From: a virus
Lineage: Duplodnaviria; Heunggongvirae; Uroviricota; Caudoviricetes
Virus record (IMG/VR): IMGVR_UViG_3300037524_001291
Direction: 5' to 3' (one strand)
DNA length: 64,000 nucleotides
Numbering within the stretch: the first letter of the stretch is position 1; each line of letters opens with the position of its first letter. The notes under the pieces are model-generated. The model searched no databases, was not told where the DNA came from, and saw only the letters and a program-made list of their open reading frames with translations. Made by a program: the position numbers and the translations under genes. Of the stretch, positions 16,537 to 26,569 are shown in pieces.

Positions 16537-16950
16537 TTAATCTCTTTCAAAAAATATATCTATTATAGTTTTATTACAGTAAAGCCTTTCTTTTTTTATA
16601 TCTGATTTATCCAGTTCTTTTTTACAATGAAAATCTCTACAAATTTTAGGTCTTCTATCATAAATCTTACATTTTTTTGTTGTAGGGTCACTTAAAGGAC
16701 ACATGGCATAAAACATACCTTTTTTATAATACGATATGATCAGTTCTACACCCTCAGCATGAATTTTTCTTCCTTTAGGGTTATTCGTGAAATAATTCTT
16801 TAATTTTTTATACTCTGAGTCTGTAAGAATGCTACCAAGAGAGCAACAATCATTACAGTTAATACAGTTAGGGTTATTGTAGTCTACTACTTTATCTTCT
16901 AAAATACCTTTCAAAAATTCTTCTCTGGTCATAATACCCATTTTTATCAT
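16537..16950 (-). CDS. YkgJ-like cysteine-cluster (Fe-S/Zn) protein
   Basis: CINCNDCC and CPL...CKIYDRRPKICRDFHC. Confidence 0.85.
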   Translation of the reverse strand: MIKMGIMTREEFLKGILEDKVVDYNNPNCINCNDCCSLGSILTDSEYKKLKNYFTNNPKGRKIHAEGVELIISYYKKGMFYAMCPLSDPTTKKCKIYDRRPKICRDFHCKKELDKSDIKKERLYCNKTIIDIFFERD

Positions 16951-16955
16951 CCTTT

Positions 16956-17141
16956 CTAACCTAATTCAATATCCTCAGCTCTTGTAGCTTTACTATTTGT
17001 ATCATATGTGTATTGTACAAATACGTAAGAGTCATTTGTACTTGTTATAACTCCATACTCATAAAGTTTTAGGTCACAATCTTTATAGGGTTTATATGTA
17101 ACATTTCTTCCAATACTTTCAGAGGCTTCTTTTAAGGTCAT
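16956..17141 (-). CDS. Hypothetical phage protein
   Basis: EYGVITSTNDSYVFVQY, a small SH3-like pattern. Confidence 0.7.
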   Translation of the reverse strand: MTLKEASESIGRNVTYKPYKDCDLKLYEYGVITSTNDSYVFVQYTYDTNSKATRAEDIELG

Positions 17142-17154
17142 TTGTTTTTCCTTT

Positions 17155-18228
17155 CTATACTTTATATGTTTTTTTAGGCTTTCCTTTATTAACTATAGAG
17201 GGGCGTACTTGAATTACCTTACCACTTTTTAATGTTCTCTCACACCCTCTTCTATAATGCTCACAAGGACTTGTTCTAGGTTGTGTTTCTATATTAGGGT
17301 CTGTTGGTGTTCTATACCCAATGTATTTATATGTTGTTTTATGTATTTCAATCATAGTATCTTGTATAGGTGTATCCTTATGGGTTTTCTCATAGGTTCT
17401 TTTAGTTTCAGTATCTTGACGTATGCGTGTTATAACTTCTGGATATTTAGTAAGTCTTTTCATTATTTCATAAATGATAAGAAAAATATGTAGGAGTTTT
17501 TGTGCTTTTGGTATAACAGTTCTATTTTCTCCTTCTGGTACATGAGTCCCTAATAAACAGGTGTGACAATTTCTTATAGTTTTCATACAATAAGTATTCT
17601 CATCTCGAATAGTCTTATTATAATTAGTGCATTTCTTTGAAGGAGTTCCACACCCGATATATACTCTAGGTAACCTATCCAAATAAATTCTTCCTTCAGA
17701 GGTTTTAACTTCTCCAAAGAAAAGTTTTATATCTACCACAGAGTTATCCTCACTAACACGAGCCACTATATACTCCATTTCATCCTGATTAGGTTCAGTA
17801 CCCTCAAATGTGATATAGAAACACCTAAAAGGGAGATTTATCTTTTTAAGTTCTTCAATAGAATATTTGTCCATATTATGGAAAGATTTATCTACGATAT
17901 CACTATAACTTTTATCAGTAACGTGGAAGTGTGATCCAACAGAGAGTGTAGGGGTTAATGTTCCGTATGAGAGTAATAAATTATAAAGGTCTTTTAAGTC
18001 CTTTTCATAAGGGCTTAACTCTCTTATAGGTGTATCATCATTTACAATATCATTTTCTAAATGTTGTGGAGATAAAGATGATCGTTTAAAAAGATCTTGA
18101 ACAATCCTAACTGTGTCAAAAGACTCAGGTGTTAAGTCCTTACCTCTCAATTCTGGTATTCTTTTTGAAATTTGCTCATATAAAGCAAGAATTTTAGTGT
18201 GTGTATCTCTTACTATACTACCTCTCAT
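17155..18228 (-). CDS. Hypothetical phage protein with C-terminal H.RRG..R..KSG..V.P motif
   Basis: ORF track; the motif recurs in large-phage hypothetical proteins (recall). Confidence 0.75.
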   Translation of the reverse strand: MRGSIVRDTHTKILALYEQISKRIPELRGKDLTPESFDTVRIVQDLFKRSSLSPQHLENDIVNDDTPIRELSPYEKDLKDLYNLLLSYGTLTPTLSVGSHFHVTDKSYSDIVDKSFHNMDKYSIEELKKINLPFRCFYITFEGTEPNQDEMEYIVARVSEDNSVVDIKLFFGEVKTSEGRIYLDRLPRVYIGCGTPSKKCTNYNKTIRDENTYCMKTIRNCHTCLLGTHVPEGENRTVIPKAQKLLHIFLIIYEIMKRLTKYPEVITRIRQDTETKRTYEKTHKDTPIQDTMIEIHKTTYKYIGYRTPTDPNIETQPRTSPCEHYRRGCERTLKSGKVIQVRPSIVNKGKPKKTYKV

Positions 18229-18246
18229 AACAGTATTATCCTCCTC

Positions 18247-18606
18247 CTAATCAATTAACCCACGCTCTCTTTTTATCCTCTCTAAACATTCCAAAGCTTC
18301 TTGTAAAGTTGCATCTCTTCTACCATGAGTAGGTATGTATCTTCTATGTCTCCATTGTTTTCTTTTCTCCGAAGTATCATATCTTTTTCTTATTAGGGTA
18401 TACTTCTCTTTACCTATACCTTTTTGCCATTCTCTTACCTCTTTTGATATCTTTTCTCGGATAAAAGGATTCTTTCTATACTCCTTATGAATATTGCTTT
18501 TACAAATCTTACAATAGCTATGAAGACCGTCATAAGTTTGCTTATTCCTATAAAAATATTCAGATGTAGAGGGTTTTTCTATACCACATCTAGGACACAA
18601 CTTCAT
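18247..18606 (-). CDS. Zinc-finger protein resembling the N-terminal DNA-binding part of phage homing endonucleases
   Basis: CPRCGIEKP...F...DGLHSYCKIC; no HNH or EndoVII catalytic domain follows. Confidence 0.7.
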   Translation of the reverse strand: MKLCPRCGIEKPSTSEYFYRNKQTYDGLHSYCKICKSNIHKEYRKNPFIREKISKEVREWQKGIGKEKYTLIRKRYDTSEKRKQWRHRRYIPTHGRRDATLQEALECLERIKRERGLID

Positions 18607-18833
18607 TTTTCCTCTGTCTCCTTAGTGTATCCAGTACAGTCAGGACATACATGTTTATTCTCATCTCTAAACACCATACCAATACCATTATCTAAATTAA
18701 ATAGAGCGTTTTCCTCAGAAGAAAAATATCCAGAGAGCTTACAATTAGGTATTCCTCTTTCATCAGTAGTTCCTATGTAGAAGGCACAAGCACTTCTTAG
18801 AACTTTAATTTCTAGACCTCTTTTACACTTCAT
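18603..18833 (-). CDS. Hypothetical protein
   Basis: ORF overlapping neighbours. Confidence 0.7.
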   Translation of the reverse strand: MKCKRGLEIKVLRSACAFYIGTTDERGIPNCKLSGYFSSEENALFNLDNGIGMVFRDENKHVCPDCTGYTKETEEK

Positions 18834-19377
18834 AGTGTATCACCTCCAAGATTTTAAGGAGTTTAGGGTTCTTGACAATATAAACAGTGCCAAGACTTAT
18901 ATCATTAAATTTAATAATATGAGATCTAAGTATCTCTTTTTGTGTTTTTTGAAGATTTTTATAAATCGAAGTGATGTTATTATTATTGGTATGAAAGTAC
19001 TCATTACAATCAAGTAAGAGTTCTAACTCTCTTGCCATATCAGTACAAGAGAAAGACCCTAGAACTATACCAGAAACCATTGACTCAAGAGTAGAAGCTT
19101 TTATATATCTAGTTAGGTTAAATCCCAAAACTTCTAAATTTTTTGAGAATTTAGTGATTAAACTTCTAACTACTATAGAATTAGTCATATCCAACACTGA
19201 AGTATCATCTACTTCTACAGTATAAAGAAACTCCCCATAACTTTTTGCTACTTTAATGTCTTTAGACATATATATCCCAACACCCTCAGTTAAAACAGTC
19301 TGAATATCGTGTCTACAAAGACTCTCACTAACTATGAAATCTGAAAACTTCCTAGGACTTCCATGATAAAGTAACAT
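18823..19377 (-). CDS. ADP-ribosyltransferase-fold protein (putative)
   Basis: LYHGS, GVGIYMS, VAKSYG pattern. Confidence 0.65.
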   Translation of the reverse strand: MLLYHGSPRKFSDFIVSESLCRHDIQTVLTEGVGIYMSKDIKVAKSYGEFLYTVEVDDTSVLDMTNSIVVRSLITKFSKNLEVLGFNLTRYIKASTLESMVSGIVLGSFSCTDMARELELLLDCNEYFHTNNNNITSIYKNLQKTQKEILRSHIIKFNDISLGTVYIVKNPKLLKILEVIHYEV

Positions 19378-19428
19378 GATTACCCCCTTCTCTCAATTAA
19401 AAACACCCCATTATTACCCCACAGTTTA

Positions 19429-19457
19429 ATTATACCATAAATTAATATAAATGTCAA
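19429..19457 (-). promoter_or_regulatory. sigmaA-type promoter, extended -10
   Basis: TTGACA-17 nt-TATAAT with TG extension. Confidence 0.8.
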
Positions 19458-19497
19458 TATCAATAAACCTAAATAATGAGATAGACTCATTATTTAC

Positions 19498-19704
19498 CTA
19501 AATAGGTACAACAAGAATGATAGTATAAGATGGTTCATTTTTAGATATAATTGTATTAAGGTTATTAACTATAAAATTTGTACCTTCAAGTGTTAGGTAT
19601 TCACCTACACGAGGGAAGTGTTTTTGATGGGATATATCTACTTCTACAATAGTTCCATCATTAAGATTCTTTATTAGGGTTTTCATTTTGAATGTTCCTT
19701 TCAA
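19498..19704 (-). CDS. Hypothetical protein
   Basis: ORF track. Confidence 0.65.
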   Translation of the reverse strand: MKGTFKMKTLIKNLNDGTIVEVDISHQKHFPRVGEYLTLEGTNFIVNNLNTIISKNEPSYTIILVVPI

Positions 19705-19858
19705 TACATATTTTTCTTATTATAATCTCTGAGGGATTTACTACACTATCATCTACATAAAACATTAGAAGATCTCCCTCTCCAATACCAACACAATCTC
19801 TTATATCTTTAGGTATAACTACCTGTGCCTTAGATGATACCCTAGAAAAATAATTCAT
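19661..19858 (-). CDS. AbrB/MazE/SpoVT-family DNA-binding protein
   Basis: RVSSKAQVVIPKDIRDCVGIGEGDLLMF. Confidence 0.88.
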   Translation of the reverse strand: MNYFSRVSSKAQVVIPKDIRDCVGIGEGDLLMFYVDDSVVNPSEIIIRKICIERNIQNENPNKES

Positions 19859-19935
19859 AAATCCTCCTTTCTTACTTTCTTACTATACAATATTTTAGGT
19901 AAAAAAAGAACCCCTAAATATTTAGGAGTTTGATA

Positions 19936-20217
19936 TTATTTTACCTGACTAAAATCTTTCCAAATCATAGTTTCTTTAAAAGTTTTAGAATCCTGTTCAG
20001 AATAGGCTATATATTTCTTTTCGGTATAGCTATAAGATAGTCTCCAAGTATCGGGTACTCCTCTTATGTATTCATCACCATCACCTATGCTGTATATTTC
20101 CTTGTTTAGGGTTACAAAGAGTTGGCAGAAGTTTCCACAAGCTTTAGTAATTGGAACTCTTTCAATCACTCTACCATCTGGCAATTCAATTTTTATTTTC
20201 TTTTTCAAATGAATCAC
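19936..20217 (-). CDS. Hypothetical protein
   Basis: ORF with AGGAGTG RBS. Confidence 0.7.
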   Translation of the reverse strand: MIHLKKKIKIELPDGRVIERVPITKACGNFCQLFVTLNKEIYSIGDGDEYIRGVPDTWRLSYSYTEKKYIAYSEQDSKTFKETMIWKDFSQVK

Positions 20218-20388
20218 TCCTTATCTTTTTTGAGGTCTTACAGATTTACCTAGAAACAAATCATAATACCATAGCCATCTTAAGAATCTAAAAGGTAGGC
20301 ATATTATCCACCATATAGCTAAGAATACGTAACCTAAGAATAAAGTATGTAATATAGAACCTATCATAAATAATCACCCCTTTTAAAT

Positions 20389-20619
20389 TTAATTATACAT
20401 CTCATTAAATTTCTGTATCACTATCTCTCTATCTGAAGAGTTAAAAGTAATTCCCTCAAGACTCTTTACCTTAATTATAAGGTCATCTAGGTTATTATCA
20501 AATTTAAATTCTTTATTCTTTATTAGGGTTATCATTTTAGAAGAAAACTCAGTTGAGTCCACCAAGATAAGATTTCTTATAAGTCCTTCTACTATCTCTT
20601 CTCTACGTGCTATTCTCAT
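20389..20619 (-). CDS. Hypothetical protein
   Basis: ORF with GGAGGGG RBS. Confidence 0.75.
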   Translation of the reverse strand: MRIARREEIVEGLIRNLILVDSTEFSSKMITLIKNKEFKFDNNLDDLIIKVKSLEGITFNSSDREIVIQKFNEMYN

Positions 20620-20666
20620 AAATAATCCCCTCCTAAATTATATTACCTCATAGACCTACTATATTT

Positions 20667-20695
20667 ATTATACCATAAATTATAAGAAAAGTCAA
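20667..20695 (-). promoter_or_regulatory. sigmaA-type promoter
   Basis: TTGACT-17 nt-TATAAT with TG extension. Confidence 0.7.
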
Positions 20696-20718
20696 TATAG
20701 TAGGTCTATCTCATTATT

Positions 20719-21531
20719 TTATAATAGGTCTTTTACTCTATCTCTTAAATCTGAGAGTGGTGCTACTTCTTTTCTTTTTTCTAATTTTCCTGATATTTTA
20801 CTACTCCCTTTCACTATATTAGTACCTTTTATAACAGCGTTTCCAAATACTTTAGCTTTTTCTTGTATTTGAGCTTTCTCAGATACTTCAGCATTACCGA
20901 ATACCTCAGCATTATCAAATAATTTAGCTTCACCTGATACTTTAGCTTCTCCGTATACCTTAGAGTTTCCAGAGAGGTATGCAGTACCAGTTATCACAGC
21001 TTTTTCAGACACCTCAGCATTATCGGTTATTTCAACTTCCCCATTGATGGAGGCATTACCAAAAACTCTAGCTTTTGAATTTATATCACATTTACCTCTT
21101 ATTCTAGAATCACCATAGATGTCAGCTTCACCTCTAATATTACCATCATGTAAAATAGCTCTTTGTCTAAGTTGAGCTTTTCCAGAAATACTACCACCCT
21201 GCATCTGAGCCCAATCATAGACCTCAGCATTGTCCATAACAGTAGAGTCTCCATAAACAGAGGCTCTTCTAAAGACCTTAGCATTATCACATACTAGGGC
21301 TGTGTCTCTTATTAGGGCGTTATCATAGACCCTTGCATTTCCTATTACCATAGCATTATCATAAATCCAGCAGTATCCAGAATCAGAGAGATTAGACTCA
21401 CTTTCAACCCAACCACCTAATACTCCAGCAAGAACATCACTTCTTAAAGGTATTCTAGATTCTATTCGATATAAGGTTTTACCCATCAATGTTTTTGTTA
21501 TGTCTAATCTAAGTTTATATTTATCATTCAA
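20719..21531 (-). CDS. Hexapeptide-repeat left-handed beta-helix protein with C-terminal tag
   Basis: LYRIES...GGWVESESNLS..GYCW head, A.V.[GD][DN] repeats, tail RKEVAPLSDLRDRVKDLL. Confidence 0.9.
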   Translation of the reverse strand: MNDKYKLRLDITKTLMGKTLYRIESRIPLRSDVLAGVLGGWVESESNLSDSGYCWIYDNAMVIGNARVYDNALIRDTALVCDNAKVFRRASVYGDSTVMDNAEVYDWAQMQGGSISGKAQLRQRAILHDGNIRGEADIYGDSRIRGKCDINSKARVFGNASINGEVEITDNAEVSEKAVITGTAYLSGNSKVYGEAKVSGEAKLFDNAEVFGNAEVSEKAQIQEKAKVFGNAVIKGTNIVKGSSKISGKLEKRKEVAPLSDLRDRVKDLL

Positions 21532-21546
21532 AGAATGTCACATCCT

Positions 21547-22467
21547 TTATAGTAAGTCTTTTACTCTAGCTTTTAAATCTGAGAGTGGGGCTACCTCTTT
21601 TCTTTCAGGTGTTACACCTTCATAGTCTCCTACTGTATATTCTCCTCTATCTATTTCTAAATTTCCATAAATTTTAGTACGACCATATACCTTAACATTT
21701 CCAAATACTTTTGCTTTTTCAAATACTTCAGCTTCTCCATAGACTAGAGCTATATCATATACTCTAACATCTCCATATACATTAGCATTTCCATATACCT
21801 TAGCTTTTCCATATACCTTGGCGTTATCATATACCTTAGCTTTTCCAAATACTTTAGCTTCTCCTGATACCTGAGCTTCTCCAAATACAAAAACATTTCC
21901 ATCTATTTTAGCTTCTCCATATACTCTAACATCTCCATATACCTTAGCTTCTCCATATACCTTAGCTTTTCCATATACTTTTGCTCTTCCATAGACTAGA
22001 GCTTCTCCAGCTATCCAAGCTTCCCCATATACACTAGCATTTCTAAATATTTGAGCATTTCCATATACCCTAGCTTTCCCTTCTAATGTAGCACTTTCAT
22101 ATACTCTAGCTTCTCCATAAGCAACAGACTTAGCCATTAACCAACCATGATCATATATACGGGCTTTTCCATAGACCTTAGCATTATCAGAAACTATTGT
22201 ATCATCAAATACCTCAGCTTCTCCTGATACAATGGCATTATTTGTTACCAAAGCATTTCCATATACCTTGGCATCTTCACAAACAATAGCATCATCATAT
22301 ACCCAACAATCTCCCACAGAAGATAGGTTAGATTCTTTCTCTATATAACCACCTAACTCCCCTGCCTTTTTAACACTTTTAAATTTTACTAGGGCTCTTA
22401 TTCTTGTTACTGTGCTACTATTTACTTTTTTTGTATCACTATATACAAACTCATATTTTTTATTCAT
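21547..22467 (-). CDS. Hexapeptide-repeat beta-helix protein with C-terminal tag
   Basis: AKVYG repeats; tail RKEVAPLSDLKARVKDLL. Confidence 0.9.
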   Translation of the reverse strand: MNKKYEFVYSDTKKVNSSTVTRIRALVKFKSVKKAGELGGYIEKESNLSSVGDCWVYDDAIVCEDAKVYGNALVTNNAIVSGEAEVFDDTIVSDNAKVYGKARIYDHGWLMAKSVAYGEARVYESATLEGKARVYGNAQIFRNASVYGEAWIAGEALVYGRAKVYGKAKVYGEAKVYGDVRVYGEAKIDGNVFVFGEAQVSGEAKVFGKAKVYDNAKVYGKAKVYGNANVYGDVRVYDIALVYGEAEVFEKAKVFGNVKVYGRTKIYGNLEIDRGEYTVGDYEGVTPERKEVAPLSDLKARVKDLL

Positions 22468-22483
22468 TTATATAACCACTCCC

Positions 22484-22969
22484 TTAGCTTAGTTCTTTTC
22501 CAATCTGGTTAATAAGTTCTTTTATTTCTTGGTAGCGTCTTTTACAATCTCCAAGTAGAGGTAAAACATTTTTGAAGGTTTCATTACCTTTATAATCATT
22601 TATTAGGGTTTCTATATCCTTATAGTCCTTTTCAGCACTTATATATAAAGTTTTTAAAGACACATCAAAAGAAATATTTTTTTTCCTTATAGTAGAGCTT
22701 CCAGAGTAAACTTCTTCATTTGTAGGGACTTTGTTAATGATAGAATTAAGAACATCTTTATAGTTTTTCTTTTCCATTTTAGCTAATTTTTTAACATGTT
22801 CTATACCTTTATCATATAGTGGGTTTGTTCCATCACCCATAATAAGAGCTTCTCCATAAGTATCTAATATATATTTTTTATAATCTTTAGGGTTTGTAGG
22901 TATTTTTTCTTCATTTACTCTAACTTCTTGTAATCCTTCAAGAATCCCTTTAATTGATTTATCATTCAT
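22484..22969 (-). CDS. Hypothetical protein
   Basis: ATG after AGGAGG. Confidence 0.8.
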   Translation of the reverse strand: MNDKSIKGILEGLQEVRVNEEKIPTNPKDYKKYILDTYGEALIMGDGTNPLYDKGIEHVKKLAKMEKKNYKDVLNSIINKVPTNEEVYSGSSTIRKKNISFDVSLKTLYISAEKDYKDIETLINDYKGNETFKNVLPLLGDCKRRYQEIKELINQIGKELS

Positions 22970-23132
22970 TAGAAAAATCCTCCTCATAAACTATTATACG
23001 TATTATATATATATCCCAATATCAAAAGATAAAAATTAAAAATACCTCCCAAAAACCCCAAATCTTAAAATACCCAACCTTAAATTTTAAAGTGTCATTT
23101 TTTATTTGTGGACTAGTTGAAAGTATAAATTC

Positions 23133-23329
23133 GAGTAAGGTGAAATACCAAAAACACCTCAAATATTTAATACAAATTAAAAAACACATTAAATATTTAC
23201 AGTTTGATAAAAATGAACTAAAACACCCTCAAATAGACATAATATTCTTAGTATGTAAAATTAAAATACTAAATCATTTTTTAAACTTATATTAAATATT
23301 TAAGGTGTTTTAGTGTTTTTACCTTAGTC
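23133..23329. repeat. Imperfect 40-bp inverted repeat with internal AAAACAC..AAATA copies
   Basis: 23133-23172 versus the reverse complement of 23290-23329: 33/40 by eye. Confidence 0.7.
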
Positions 23330-23602
23330 AAAATTCATGTTTTGCACTAGTTGAAATACACTTTTACTCACTTAAAAAATTTAAGTTGAGTTTTATGAAA
23401 TATATTACTAGTAATTTTATTGTTTTTTAAGATGTTAGGGTACTTTTCTACAAATCTCACGTTAGGATAAGTTTTAACGAATGTGACTTATAAGATGTAA
23501 ATTTATATTACCCTACCTCTAAAAATTGATTTAAGAGCATTGTACGAGGTCATATAGTATCTTATTCTATATTATTTAAAAAGATATAATCACAAAGAAA
23601 AA

Positions 23603-23628
23603 AGATGAGGGAGGTGAGTCTCTCATCT
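23603..23628 (-). terminator. Intrinsic terminator
   Basis: AGATGAG/CTCATCT stem followed by TTTTTTCTTT on the minus strand. Confidence 0.6.
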
Positions 23629-23679
23629 ATCCAAAATATTGTAGGGTATTTTGGGTTTAATTGAGGGTAGTGCATCTCT

Positions 23680-24885
23680 CTATTGTTTGGAGAGTACTCC
23701 AAACATATTATGAATACTATCATAATATACAATACTACCATCTTCTAACACTTGCATTAGGGATTTAGTTCCTTTACTAAAACCAGTAGTAGAAGTAACA
23801 CCATCAGAATCCACATAAGCTTCTACAGAACCGTCTATATTAATGATATCTACTTCTCCACCCTTAGAGGCATAGAACTTATCATTTAGAGAAGATATAC
23901 TATCATATTTACCTGTAAAAGTTTCAACACGTTCCCAAGTTCCCTTACTCATACTGTATTTATCGAGAGCCATACCACCAACATTAGATTGTAGAACATA
24001 GAGATATTCAGTAGTAGGTATAGCTTGTAGTACACTATTATAACTTCCAGCGTCACCGACAACATCTACATATTTTCTAGAAGTATCTTTAACTCTAAAT
24101 ACATCTAAAGCACTTCCATCTTTTCTACTATAGACAATAGCACCTTTAGAATCAACGTAAGCGAAATCATCAGAACCAAACATCCAATTAAAAGACTTAT
24201 CGGCAACAACGGGTTTGAACTCAGGACTTACTTGTATTAGAGTTCCTCTATAATCAGGTTTTCCACCATTTTTTACAAATTTACCAGACATAAATACTTT
24301 ATTTGTTTTAGGATCATGTACGAGTTTGTACCCTCTATATACTGAGAGTCTTTCTATTTTACCCAAGTCATTTTTATATCTAAGTTTTAGAGTACTAAGT
24401 TTTTTAATAGTAGTTACTTCATTAGTTTTGGGGTCATATTTCCTTAAGAATTGATTTTTATATTCAGTAGTTTCATTAACTTTAGTCCATCCATTTTCAT
24501 TTACCAGACTACCATTCCAATAGCTTCCCATACCATCATAAGGTACAGAACCATCAATGAACCATACATTTTTATCATTATCTACTACCATACTCCAAAC
24601 AGTACCGATAGAAGCTTCATCAAATGTACCATTTTTATGTCCAAAATCACCACTACCAAAGAGTAATTTATCAGTAAATTTTGAATCCGTATCTTCATCA
24701 ATAGTTACATCAGTAGTATAGTCTTCAAAAGTTAGGGTCATCTCAGAGTTTTGGGTATCTCCTGTTAGGGCTTTGTCTTCTACTTCAAAAGTTTTTGTTA
24801 GGTCATAAGCTCCTACATTGATACTCATAAGTGTACTCATTATTACTACTACCAATAGTGTTAATAGTTTTTTCATTATGAACAC
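23680..24885 (-). CDS. Secreted protein, probable beta-propeller
   Basis: Signal peptide MKKLLTLLVVVIMSTLMSINVGA; repeated beta-rich blades. Confidence 0.7.
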   Translation of the reverse strand: MFIMKKLLTLLVVVIMSTLMSINVGAYDLTKTFEVEDKALTGDTQNSEMTLTFEDYTTDVTIDEDTDSKFTDKLLFGSGDFGHKNGTFDEASIGTVWSMVVDNDKNVWFIDGSVPYDGMGSYWNGSLVNENGWTKVNETTEYKNQFLRKYDPKTNEVTTIKKLSTLKLRYKNDLGKIERLSVYRGYKLVHDPKTNKVFMSGKFVKNGGKPDYRGTLIQVSPEFKPVVADKSFNWMFGSDDFAYVDSKGAIVYSRKDGSALDVFRVKDTSRKYVDVVGDAGSYNSVLQAIPTTEYLYVLQSNVGGMALDKYSMSKGTWERVETFTGKYDSISSLNDKFYASKGGEVDIINIDGSVEAYVDSDGVTSTTGFSKGTKSLMQVLEDGSIVYYDSIHNMFGVLSKQ

Positions 24886-24931
24886 CCTCCCTCTCTCAAT
24901 TAACTTTCCCCCATATATTCCCTACTATTTA

Positions 24932-24960
24932 AGTATACCATAATTAAATAAAAATGTCAA
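24932..24960 (-). promoter_or_regulatory. sigmaA-type promoter
   Basis: TTGACA-17 nt-TATACT with TG extension. Confidence 0.75.
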
Positions 24961-25009
24961 GATAGCACCATTATTTAGGTACAATACCTGACACTTTTAT
25001 TTAACGAGT

Positions 25010-25942
25010 CTAATATTTTAAATATCCTAGGCGTAAAAATTCTAGATGAAGTTCATGAGCTATTTCAATTATTTGAGGGTGAGCGTCTTTATGGTCTCTA
25101 AGAATGAAGAATTCGTTCCATCCCTGTATGTTGTTGGTCATAACGAGTTCAGTTTTTAGGGAGTTTGTTAGAACGCTTCTAGCTTCTTGTGGTGTAGATT
25201 TAAAAAACTTTATTAGGGTGAGGTATGATATTTCGCTGACTTTATTGGCATACAGCCAAATAAATCTTTTAAGACCTTTTGTATAGAAAGGAGAGTCTAT
25301 GATAGTTATTCCTTTTTGCTTACCGTAATTGATGTATCTAGTGCTAGCTTGGCTAAAAGAGAAAGTTCTATGTCGTACAATTTCATTTGCTATAGCTCTA
25401 TCGCAAATAACCTTAGCTGAAATATATTTATGTAGATTTCTAATTCGAGGTTCTAGGTTTTGTATGTCTTCAAAAGAGAGTTCTTTTTTCACAAGGGCTT
25501 TTTGTATAGAGGTAATGTCTCCATATATATCTTTTCCACCATAAAGAGTAGGGTATCTTTTAGATAGGAAGGATAATATTATTTGTAAGAAGATATTGCT
25601 AGATTTTTTATAAAGGTCAACAAATCCCCTAGTGCTACCAGAGATAAGGTAGAGTTCATCATGTCTATCATCAATGGTACAAGAGAAGGTCATATTTAAG
25701 AATTTAGGGTTTAGTTCTTTTATTTCGTAATAGAGTTGTTGAGAAACTTCTAAGACAAATACATGGTGTTCTGTTACACTATAATGTTTTTTATCTATTA
25801 GAGAAGAGATAAATTTTACATGACTATCAGCTGTTATTTTATCTTCGCTATTATAACATACCCTACCTATATATTCTATTTTTCTATTAGGGTCTATTTC
25901 CATATCAAATATTATAGATGCTTTAGGTTTTATAATTCTCAT
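25010..25942 (-). CDS. thyX: FAD-dependent thymidylate synthase
   Basis: GRVCYNSE, H.SV.EH, RAIANEIVRHRTFSFSQASTRY signature, ARSVL, AHPQI. Confidence 0.95.
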   Translation of the reverse strand: MRIIKPKASIIFDMEIDPNRKIEYIGRVCYNSEDKITADSHVKFISSLIDKKHYSVTEHHVFVLEVSQQLYYEIKELNPKFLNMTFSCTIDDRHDELYLISGSTRGFVDLYKKSSNIFLQIILSFLSKRYPTLYGGKDIYGDITSIQKALVKKELSFEDIQNLEPRIRNLHKYISAKVICDRAIANEIVRHRTFSFSQASTRYINYGKQKGITIIDSPFYTKGLKRFIWLYANKVSEISYLTLIKFFKSTPQEARSVLTNSLKTELVMTNNIQGWNEFFILRDHKDAHPQIIEIAHELHLEFLRLGYLKY

Positions 25943-25969
25943 TCATCATCCTCCGCACAAAAAATTATT

Positions 25970-26566
25970 TTAAAGTATATCTTGTCGAATTAAAGCATCT
26001 CGGAGTCTTGCTGTTACTACCTTTCTTTCTGGAAAATCTATCTTTTCAATATCCTCAGTACCATCCAAGACAGTATCATCTGTTACTATTATATCTCCAC
26101 TTACCTCAGCAGTTCCTTTTATTATAGCTCTCCCTGACACTTTAGCTTTCCCTGATACAGTGGTTTGTCCTGATACACTAGCTTTACCAGACACTATACT
26201 TTGTCCTGATACAAGAGCTTTTCCATAAACTTTAGCGAGCTCATAGACCTGAGCATTTCCAGATATAATAGCATTCTCAGATATTTGTGCTTTTCCAGCT
26301 ATTTGAGCCTTTCCAAATACTTTAGCATTTCCAGACACTGTAGCGTTTTCAGTTACAAAAGCATTTTCAAAGACTTTAGCGTTACCAAATACCCAACAAT
26401 TATTATTTGCAGATATATTGGCTTCTTTTTCTATATATCCACCAAGGTCACCTTCTTTAATGTTACTAAAGGATTTTAAAGCTCTTATTCTTGTTAGGGT
26501 TCTTCCATTTTCATTTTTAGTATTGTCTTTTACCAGTTCATATTTATAATTCATATATAGAATCAC
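25970..26566 (-). CDS. Hexapeptide-repeat beta-helix protein (diverged tail)
   Basis: TLTRIRALKSF...GDLGGYIE head; A.V.G repeats. Confidence 0.9.
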   Translation of the reverse strand: MILYMNYKYELVKDNTKNENGRTLTRIRALKSFSNIKEGDLGGYIEKEANISANNNCWVFGNAKVFENAFVTENATVSGNAKVFGKAQIAGKAQISENAIISGNAQVYELAKVYGKALVSGQSIVSGKASVSGQTTVSGKAKVSGRAIIKGTAEVSGDIIVTDDTVLDGTEDIEKIDFPERKVVTARLRDALIRQDIL

Positions 26567-26569
26567 TCC

